A stretch of 64,000 nt of DNA from an uncultured Dehalococcoidales bacterium (GTDB lineage Bacteria > Chloroflexota > Dehalococcoidia > GIF9 > UBA5629): positions 1,515-65,514 of the forward strand of contig CAZJID010000002.1 of the NCBI GenBank assembly GCA_964545945.1, in the 5' to 3' direction. The translations under genes were made by a program, and so were the position numbers. Of this stretch, positions 56,933-64,000 are shown one piece after another (the first letter of the stretch is position 1; every line of letters begins with the position of its first letter). A model generated the notes under the pieces. It saw nothing but the letters and a program-made list of their open reading frames with translations, did no database searches and was not told the DNA's origin.

Positions 56933-57226
56933 TTATCGACTACCGGTTAGGGTTTTATTGGCTTCCCTGAGCTGTCGACACAGCTTGCCCATCACCACCA
57001 GAGCAAAGTCGGGCTGCTGGCGAAGCAGATAGGTAAACTTGCTCTTGTCAAGAACTAAAAGTTGAGTATCGTCTTGTTCGGCTATCGCAGTGGCCGAACG
57101 GGGACTGTCATCGACCAGAGCCATCTCACCAAAAAAGTCACCTGTCTCAACAATCGCAAGCAATTTATTATGTTTGGCAGTATCTGTCCTGTAAAGGGCT
57201 ACCTTACCCGAGTAAACAATATACAT
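56933..57226 (-). CDS. Cyclic-nucleotide-binding domain protein; 5' end unresolved (possible frameshift, see findings)
   Basis: MYIVYSGKV...GDFFGEMALVDDSPRSATA is the core of a cNMP-binding beta-barrel. A further 33 in-frame codons upstream (to 57325) encode ...YQKAEIIFSENSPGKE, which belongs to the same domain. That stretch contains no ATG, GTG or TTG. Confidence 0.65.
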   Translation of the reverse strand: MYIVYSGKVALYRTDTAKHNKLLAIVETGDFFGEMALVDDSPRSATAIAEQDDTQLLVLDKSKFTYLLRQQPDFALVVMGKLCRQLREANKTLTGSR

Positions 57227-57448
57227 TTCTTTACCGGGACTATTTTCAGAAAAAATAATCTCCGCCTTTTGATACGTCTTAACTAGCTTTTCTAAAATGG
57301 CAGCCCCCGGGTCATTTACGGGTAATTATACCCAAGCAATTATATCATCTACGTCAATAGAGGAATTACTCTGAAAATCATTAGCGCCAGGTTCTCATAA
57401 AAATGGGAAAATTGCCAGTTAGTAAAGCCGAAGCTATAATTAAGAGCT

Positions 57449-58606
57449 ATGACAACGCAAAGCTTGGCAGCGCGGTCTTTTGAGCTGGGGCCGATAAGGC
57501 CTCCCAGCGAAGCTTATTCGCTGCTTATAAGAGCCACCAGAAACTGTCCCTGGAATAGATGTCAGTTCTGCCCAGTTTACAAGGGACAGAGGTTTGAATT
57601 GAGACCGGCTGATGACGTGATAAAAGATGTAGAATCGGCAAAAGCAATCGCCGGGGAAATAAAAGAGCTGGCCTGGAAATTGGGGCACGGAGACCAATTT
57701 AGGAATGTAGCCGGTACCATCTACAGCAACTATCAACATAATGCCGCTATCTGTAACGTAGCTTTGTGGCTCTGGGCAGGTGGTAGTTCTGCGTTTCTCC
57801 AGGATGCCAACACCCTTATTATGAGAACTCCCGATTTGGTCAAAATAGTTTTATCTTTAAGGCAGAATTTCCCACAGTTGACCCGGATAACCTCTTACGC
57901 GCGTTCTAAAACCGCCGCCAAAAAGTCAGTGGAAGAGCTGAAAGATCTCAAAGATGCCGGCCTTTCCCGGCTACATATCGGGATGGAAAGCGGCTCTGAC
58001 CTCGTGCTCCGTTATATGGACAAGGGGGTTATTGCCGATGAGCATATTGCAGGTGGTAAAAAGATAAAAGAGGCGGGTATTTCGTTGTGCGAATACATGA
58101 TGCCCGGACTTGGTGGAAGAAAGATGTCATCAGACCATGTAAAAGGCACAGCTAACGTGCTTAACCAGATCGACCCTGACCATATCAGGCTGCGGACGCT
58201 TCACATTCATCAGGGCATTCCTCTGTGGTCGAAGTTAGAAGCCGGCGATTTCGAAATCCAGACCGAAGATGAAGTAGTAGAAGAAATCGGCAAATTCATC
58301 GAAAGACTGGAAGTCACCAGCGAGCTAAAAAGTGACCACATATTAAACTTGTTGCCCGAGGTAGAAGGTAAATTCCCCGAGGCAAAATCAGCCTGCCTGG
58401 CCGTAATCAACAGATACCTGGCCCTATCGGTACAGGATAAGCTAAACTTCAGACTGGGCAGAAGAGCCGGTTACTATGAAAAACTGGATGACCTTTACGA
58501 TACACGTAGGTATCAGAAAGTCGATGAAGCCATCCAGCACATTACTTCGGAAGCCCCGGATTGCATTGATGAAGTTATTCTGCAGCTAAAGGCCGGCTTT
58601 ATTTAA
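57449..58606 (+). CDS. Radical SAM protein (Cx4Cx2C cluster motif), function unknown
   Basis: 385 aa. N-terminal GPIRPPSEA..SLLIRATRNCPWNRCQFCPVY, then a later GLSRLHIGMESGSD TIM-barrel motif. Confidence 0.8.
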   Translation: MTTQSLAARSFELGPIRPPSEAYSLLIRATRNCPWNRCQFCPVYKGQRFELRPADDVIKDVESAKAIAGEIKELAWKLGHGDQFRNVAGTIYSNYQHNAAICNVALWLWAGGSSAFLQDANTLIMRTPDLVKIVLSLRQNFPQLTRITSYARSKTAAKKSVEELKDLKDAGLSRLHIGMESGSDLVLRYMDKGVIADEHIAGGKKIKEAGISLCEYMMPGLGGRKMSSDHVKGTANVLNQIDPDHIRLRTLHIHQGIPLWSKLEAGDFEIQTEDEVVEEIGKFIERLEVTSELKSDHILNLLPEVEGKFPEAKSACLAVINRYLALSVQDKLNFRLGRRAGYYEKLDDLYDTRRYQKVDEAIQHITSEAPDCIDEVILQLKAGFI

Positions 58607-58739
58607 AATAGGTCATCATGTCAAATAAAGGTTTTTTGAACCTCAACCGCTTCAAGTCAGGGAAATCCATAAAACAGCAAAACAAAAGAAGCGCAGGGAA
58701 AAGTCGAAATAAGCCAGCGAAATTAAGAAAGGCGAGTAG

Positions 58740-60464
58740 ATGAGAAAGTTAATAATCGTTTTTTCAGTTATTCTGGTATTAATTATCTCGATTGCAGGTT
58801 GTATTAATGGCAATACAGTTAGAGATGTCTTCATAGAGGGGGAATCAGGAGGTGATGCCGAGACATTGAACTGGATTCTGGCAGCCGACGCCACTTCTTT
58901 CAGTTATGCCGGGCATACCGTGGATTCTCTGGCTACCTACGATAATCAGTTGAATATACAGCTTCGCTGTCTGGCCAAAGATATAGAGGTTTCTCCCGAC
59001 GGCCTGATTTACACCATGACCATAAGAGACGACCTTAAATGGAGTAACGGCTCCCAAGTCACAGCTGATGATTATGTATATACCTTGAAAAACCTCATGT
59101 TTTCGAATTGGCTTAATTATCCGTACAAAAGCGACTGGCAAGAACAGGTTGACGGTAAAACCGTCTTTGTCACACCGGAAGTAGTGAACGACACAACCTT
59201 TACCATCACCCGCCAGACTGTTTATCCCGAGTTTATCTATACCATTTATAGCTTAACGCCTTACCCAGAATATATAGCCACAAAATACGAAGGTAATGTT
59301 GAAGCTTTTACGCAAGCGCCGGAGTTTAACAACCTGAGTTACACAGGTAACCTTGGACCTTATAAATTTAAAGAATGGTTGCGCAATGACAGGTTTGTAG
59401 TGGAGCGGAATCCTGACTATTATCTGGGCAAAGACATCGGCGCTCCATATTTTAGTCAGTATATTGTCAAATTATTCAATACTTCGGCCACAAGGCAAGC
59501 CGCTCTGGAAGCAGGCGATATTACATCCACAGGAATCGAGCCGGCCGAGGTAAATAAATTCAGGTCGATGCCCGACATTAACGTATACACTATTCCTACC
59601 AGAGGCTATACCTTATTGGCTTATAACCAGAGGGCTAATGGCTGGGAAGGGCTGAAGAACAAAAAAGTAAGACAGGCTCTGTCAATGGCCATAAGCAAAC
59701 AGACAATCAGTCAGACAATTTTCCTCGGCTTTGCTGAGCCGGCTTATAGCTTTATCCCGGCTACTTCCCCTTGGTATACAGATGAAGACGTGGCCAAATA
59801 CGGAATTGGAGATTTGTTCGATGCACAGAAAGCTGCTGAAATTCTTTATGAAGCTGGGTATGGAACCAAAGATAACAAAGGCAACATAAAAGTCACCAAC
59901 AAAGACGGTACTCCGCTTCACTTGGTTCTGGCTCTCAATTCAGGTAGCAAGCCTGCTGAGGATATGGCCTTCTCCATACGCAAGAACCTTTTAGACCTGG
60001 GCATTGAAACCGAAATCAAACTGGTACCTTGGGCTACTCTTCTAAACCAGTATGTTATGAACACAGTTCCGGGCTCGAACCAGGAGCCGGCCTACAATAA
60101 CGGTCCCGAGGCAATAAGCGAGGAGCCTTGGGATTTTATCTTAATGGGGTTTAGTACTGATTTGCTGGCTCCGTCGGGAAGTCACGTCTTCTTCGCCACG
60201 GACGGTGGCCTAAACTTCAACGGTTACTCGAATCGCGAAGTGGATGGGTTGTTCAATCGTGCACGGTCAAAAGAGGCGTTGGATACGAACGACAGAAAGC
60301 AAATCTATGCTGAACTATCACAGGTGCTGTCCGATGAACAGCCGGTAGATTTTTTGGTTTTTGGCCGGGCCAACGTCGGTTTCCAGAAAAACGTACAGGG
60401 CATTGAACCGGGTATAAATATGGGTTATAACTACTATCTGTGGCATTTTGGATCTGTAGAGTGA
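58740..60464 (+). CDS. ABC transporter substrate-binding lipoprotein, family 5 (peptide/nickel, OppA/DppA-like)
   Basis: 574 aa with lipobox SIAGC. The length and motifs (...KWSNGSQVTADDYVYT..., ...ERNPDYY...) are typical of SBP_bac_5. Confidence 0.85.
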   Translation: MRKLIIVFSVILVLIISIAGCINGNTVRDVFIEGESGGDAETLNWILAADATSFSYAGHTVDSLATYDNQLNIQLRCLAKDIEVSPDGLIYTMTIRDDLKWSNGSQVTADDYVYTLKNLMFSNWLNYPYKSDWQEQVDGKTVFVTPEVVNDTTFTITRQTVYPEFIYTIYSLTPYPEYIATKYEGNVEAFTQAPEFNNLSYTGNLGPYKFKEWLRNDRFVVERNPDYYLGKDIGAPYFSQYIVKLFNTSATRQAALEAGDITSTGIEPAEVNKFRSMPDINVYTIPTRGYTLLAYNQRANGWEGLKNKKVRQALSMAISKQTISQTIFLGFAEPAYSFIPATSPWYTDEDVAKYGIGDLFDAQKAAEILYEAGYGTKDNKGNIKVTNKDGTPLHLVLALNSGSKPAEDMAFSIRKNLLDLGIETEIKLVPWATLLNQYVMNTVPGSNQEPAYNNGPEAISEEPWDFILMGFSTDLLAPSGSHVFFATDGGLNFNGYSNREVDGLFNRARSKEALDTNDRKQIYAELSQVLSDEQPVDFLVFGRANVGFQKNVQGIEPGINMGYNYYLWHFGSVE

Positions 60465-60524
60465 GCATGCTCTCAGAATGTAAACTATTTCCCACCAATA
60501 CCACGTAAGTAATATTCTGCAATC

Positions 60525-61502
60525 ATGGGCAAAAGCTGGCTCAGCAGTTATATCATTAAGAGGCTCCTGTACTCGATAATCATCGCCTGGGGCATACTGA
60601 CCATCACTTTTATTCTGGTCAGGGTCGGGCCCAACTCACCAGCCGATAAATATCTGGCAAACGTTGCTGCCAGAGGTGGCGACCCGGCACAGGTGACGGC
60701 CGCAATCAATGCCCGGTACGGCCTGGACAAGCCTATATACATACAATACTTCAACTACATGGGGAACCTGCTACATGGCAATTGGGGGTGGTCCTTTAGC
60801 ACCTCGATGCCGGTAATGGAGCTAATTGAAACCCACTGGATTTACTCCTTTCAGCTCATACTGTTAAGTACTATTTTTGCAGCTATTCTCGGCTTGCTCA
60901 TCGGTATTTATTCGGCAGTTAAACAGTATACAAAGGCGGACTATACCTTCACCTTTCTATCTTTCGTTGGCATATCGGTGCCTAACTTCTGGCTCGGCAT
61001 CATGCTTATCCTCATTTTTTCAGTTCACTTCGGAATATTCAAGACTTACTACGACACCACCTTACCTCTGTTTTCAGTTGATAACCTAAAGGCGCTGGTG
61101 CTCCCCGTAATAACTCTGGGCACCGGAATGTTAGCCGGCTATGTCAGGTATACCAGGTCAGCTATGCTGGATAATTTGAAGAAGACCTTTGTTACCACGG
61201 CTCGAGCTAAAGGCCTGCCGGAACGAACCGTCATAGGTAAACACGTCTTCAGGAATGCGCTGCTGCCCCTGGTTACTATAATAATGTTCGACCTCGGCAG
61301 CATCGTTTTCGGCGGCGCCTATCTCACCGAGATTATCTTCGGCATTCCGGGACTCGGGCAAGTGTCCTTTAATGCTATTTTCGCCAACGATTATGCAGTG
61401 GTAGTAGCGGTCACTCTAATCGGTACCTTTATGGTACTGCTGGTCAATCTTGTCACGGATATTAGTTACACCTATCTTGACCCGAGGATTAGATATGCCT
61501 GA
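60525..61502 (+). CDS. ABC transporter permease (OppB/DppB-like)
   Basis: 325 aa. N-terminal YIIKRLL and the EAA-like loop ...FVTTARAKGLPERTVIGKHVFRNAL... Confidence 0.9.
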   Translation: MGKSWLSSYIIKRLLYSIIIAWGILTITFILVRVGPNSPADKYLANVAARGGDPAQVTAAINARYGLDKPIYIQYFNYMGNLLHGNWGWSFSTSMPVMELIETHWIYSFQLILLSTIFAAILGLLIGIYSAVKQYTKADYTFTFLSFVGISVPNFWLGIMLILIFSVHFGIFKTYYDTTLPLFSVDNLKALVLPVITLGTGMLAGYVRYTRSAMLDNLKKTFVTTARAKGLPERTVIGKHVFRNALLPLVTIIMFDLGSIVFGGAYLTEIIFGIPGLGQVSFNAIFANDYAVVVAVTLIGTFMVLLVNLVTDISYTYLDPRIRYA

Positions 61503-62457
61503 TAACTCACTGAATAATTCCAAGGGAATCGGACCGCGCATGTCTAACAACACGAGTCTAATTAATTATTACTGGCAAAGGACAAGACGAAACAAGCTGG
61601 CCGTCTTTGGTCTGGCTTTCATTATTTTTTTAGTTTTGCTGGCATTGATCGGTCCTTTTTTTACCGGTGACCCGACGGCGGCTAATTTCGACGAAACAGA
61701 AATTCCACCGGTCGGCTTCGCCACCGAGCAGTCCACGTATAACATACAGACGGACCAATTCGTTACTAAAGAAATACATGGAACCTGGAAACATCCTCTG
61801 GGCACGGACAGTAAAGGTCGCGACATGCTGGCGATGGTAATATCCGGAGCCAGAATATCTCTGCTGGTAGGGCTAATTGCCACCGGTATAGCCATAATAC
61901 TGGGGACCATTATCGGCGTCCTGTCAGCTTACCTCGGAAGCTGGGTGGACAACGTTTTGATGAGATTCACCGATATCATGATGACTTTCCCCTTTTTCCT
62001 GCTTCTGGTACTTATAGTCTCTATATATGGTCCGAGTCTGGCTATTATAGTACTGGCAATCGGACTGACCGGCTGGACGGGTGCTGCCAGGCTGATTAGA
62101 AGTGAATCTCTGTCGCTGAGGACTAGAGAGTTTATTGCCGCCGCCAAAGTCCAGGGCGCCAGCGATAACAGAGTAGTCTTTCGCCATCTCATACCCAATG
62201 TCATCAGTCTGATTATTGTCCTCGCCACTTTAGCCATCCCGGGAGTAATCCTGGCCGAAGCAGCTCTGAGCTTTATCGGCCTCGGCGACCCTACCAAGAC
62301 TAGCTGGGGAATAATCCTGGAATCGGGGCAACATACCCTTGACAATGCACCCTGGGTAGCTATAGTACCGGGAGTTATGATCTTTCTCACAGTCCTGGCA
62401 TTTAACTTTTTAGGTGACGGCTTAAGAGATGCTTTCGACCCCAAAAGCAACGTATAG
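61495..62457 (+). CDS. ABC transporter permease (OppC/DppC-like)
   Basis: BPD_transp_1 loop ...FIAAAKVQGASDNRVVFRHLIPN... I moved the start to ATG 61495, which overlaps the upstream stop by 8 nt. The track start 61450 lies inside oppB. Confidence 0.9.
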   Translation: MPDNSLNNSKGIGPRMSNNTSLINYYWQRTRRNKLAVFGLAFIIFLVLLALIGPFFTGDPTAANFDETEIPPVGFATEQSTYNIQTDQFVTKEIHGTWKHPLGTDSKGRDMLAMVISGARISLLVGLIATGIAIILGTIIGVLSAYLGSWVDNVLMRFTDIMMTFPFFLLLVLIVSIYGPSLAIIVLAIGLTGWTGAARLIRSESLSLRTREFIAAAKVQGASDNRVVFRHLIPNVISLIIVLATLAIPGVILAEAALSFIGLGDPTKTSWGIILESGQHTLDNAPWVAIVPGVMIFLTVLAFNFLGDGLRDAFDPKSNV

Positions 62458-62459
62458 GC

Positions 62460-63434
62460 ATGCAGATGAATGATGTGATATTCAGGGTCAGCGACCTTAA
62501 GACCTACTTCTTCACCCGTCGGGGCGTGGTCAAAGCGGTCGATGGAGTTGAATTCGAACTCAGGGGTGGAGAGTGCCTCTGCCTCGTCGGTGAATCCGGC
62601 TGCGGCAAGACGGTCACGGCACTGTCCATTTTACGTCTGTTCGATAGCCCGCCCGGGAAAATAGTGGAAGGGCAAATAAGCTACAGCAGCTTGGACCTTA
62701 CCAAATGCCCTTCAAAACAAATGAGACACATTAGAGGCAAGGACATCGCTATAGTCTTTCAGGAAGCGCAATCGGCATTGAATCCCGTATTAACCATAGG
62801 TGACCAGATAATGGAGCAGATAAAGCTTCATCTACCTCTGGACCATAACCACATCAAGGCCAGGGCCATAAAATTACTCAGTGATACTGGAATACCCTCA
62901 CCAGAAAAAGTCATGAGCTATTACCCGCATCAGCTGTCGGGCGGTATGAAACAAAGGGTTCTGATAGCCATGGGTTTGTCCTGCGACCCGAAGATTTTGA
63001 TAGCCGACGAACCGACTACGGCGGTAGATGTCACCATAAAAGCTCAAATACTCGACATATTTCGTGATTTAAAGAAGCAGAGACAGATGTCTACACTCTT
63101 TATAACGCACGACCTGGCTGTGGTGGCTGAAATAGGCGACCGCGCAGTGGTCATGTACGGCGGCAAAGACGTTGAAACGGCGCCGGTCTCGGAAATAATC
63201 GCCAACCCGAAGCATCCTTATACCGTCGGGCTAATCGAATGTTTGCCAGATGCTTCCAGATCCGCGGGCCGTCTGACGTCGATTCCGGGAACGACACCCA
63301 ACCCTGTAGAAATGCCAGAAGGCTGCACTTTCCATCCCAGATGTCCTAAGGTAATGAACATATGTAGCAAACAAGAACCGATAAAAACAATAATTTCAGA
63401 CGGGCATTCTGTGAGCTGTCACTTATACTCATGA
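62460..63434 (+). CDS. ABC transporter ATP-binding protein (OppD/DppD-like)
   Basis: Walker A GESGCGKT, signature LSGGMKQR, Walker B LIADEPTT, and a C-terminal oligopeptide-type extension (HPYT..L...P). Confidence 0.9.
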   Translation: MQMNDVIFRVSDLKTYFFTRRGVVKAVDGVEFELRGGECLCLVGESGCGKTVTALSILRLFDSPPGKIVEGQISYSSLDLTKCPSKQMRHIRGKDIAIVFQEAQSALNPVLTIGDQIMEQIKLHLPLDHNHIKARAIKLLSDTGIPSPEKVMSYYPHQLSGGMKQRVLIAMGLSCDPKILIADEPTTAVDVTIKAQILDIFRDLKKQRQMSTLFITHDLAVVAEIGDRAVVMYGGKDVETAPVSEIIANPKHPYTVGLIECLPDASRSAGRLTSIPGTTPNPVEMPEGCTFHPRCPKVMNICSKQEPIKTIISDGHSVSCHLYS

Positions 63435-64000
63435 AAAATCATAAGCTGCTGGAAATTAAAGACCTGAAGAAGTATTACCCGGTAACGGCCGGCCTCTTTT
63501 CCAGACAGGTCGGAGACATAAAAGCCGTGGACGGGGTGACTTTTGATATCATGGAGAAGGAAGTACTCGGGCTCGTCGGAGAATCAGGTTGCGGTAAGTC
63601 GACTCTGGGCAAGACCATCCCCCGGCTGGAGGAACCGACCGACGGTAAAATCCTGTACAGGGGCAATGATATCGCCCTCCTGAACAAAAAAGGACTCAAG
63701 GAATTTAGAAGAGAAATTCAACTGATATTCCAGGACCCCGATGCCTCCCTCGACCCGAGGATGACTGTTGGCGATTCTGTATCCGAGCCTCTGGTTATAC
63801 ATAGTATGGGAGATGACAAAGAGCGAAGCCGAAGAGTTGCCGAGCTTATGGAGCAGGTTGGCTTGGAGGCTGGACAGGCTGGCCTTTATCCACATGAGTT
63901 CAGCGGCGGTCAGAAACAGCGCATCGGCATCGCCCGTGCCCTGGCCATGAATCCCCGACTCATCATCGCCGATGAACCCGTAAGCGCACTGGATGTATCC
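63431..64000 (+). CDS. ABC transporter ATP-binding protein (OppF/DppF-like), 3'-truncated by the window edge; not in the ORF track
   Basis: My own translation from ATG 63431 (ATGA overlap with the oppD stop): MKNHKLLEIKDLKKYYP...GESGCGKSTLGK...FSGGQKQRIGIARAL...IIADEPVSALDVS. The frame stays open to base 64000. Confidence 0.85.
   Translation, partial: MKNHKLLEIKDLKKYYPVTAGLFSRQVGDIKAVDGVTFDIMEKEVLGLVGESGCGKSTLGKTIPRLEEPTDGKILYRGNDIALLNKKGLKEFRREIQLIFQDPDASLDPRMTVGDSVSEPLVIHSMGDDKERSRRVAELMEQVGLEAGQAGLYPHEFSGGQKQRIGIARALAMNPRLIIADEPVSALDVS

Overview
This is a densely packed 64-kb chromosomal window with about 61 protein-coding genes. I saw no rRNA, tRNA, CRISPR array, transposase, integrase or phage genes. 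Gene content, strong GGAGG-type ribosome binding sites (RBS) and many lipobox proteins suggest an anaerobic Chloroflexota/Dehalococcoidia-like bacterium. That taxonomic call is a guess I cannot verify here.

Most of the window is housekeeping:
- Translation, secretion and repair: valS, secA, polX, nth.
- Central and cofactor metabolism: prs, glyA, pyk-pfkB, nnr-coaX-coaBC, nadA.
- Heat shock: hrcA-grpE-dnaK, with a clear CIRCE operator (the HrcA-binding inverted repeat).
- Transport: corA and an Opp/Dpp-type peptide ABC system.

Loci that deserve a second look:
1. 4.8-10.8 kb: a sulfur-mobilisation island. It holds a ThrC-family enzyme, a stand-alone NIL protein, a cysteine desulfurase and a PurM-like ATPase, followed by translationally coupled fdhD-nadA-cutA.
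2. 1.5-4.7 kb: a MacB-type ABC transporter coupled to two Cys-rich lipoproteins.
3. 45.5-49.7 kb: three tandem PaaK-like ligase paralogs in which the canonical phosphate-binding loop is replaced by a conserved SPGPIYDP segment.
4. 52.4-57.3 kb: a five-gene cyclic-nucleotide operon (cNMP-binding protein, MBL hydrolase, FecR lipoprotein, CHASE2 cyclase, HAD). Its first gene lacks a usable start codon unless a C5 homopolymer gains one base.
5. 45.08-45.48 kb: two small DUF3096-type membrane genes, plus the 3'-terminal oppF-like gene at 63431, all missing from the ORF track.

Functional calls come from reading the translated ORFs by eye against remembered family motifs. No database search was run.
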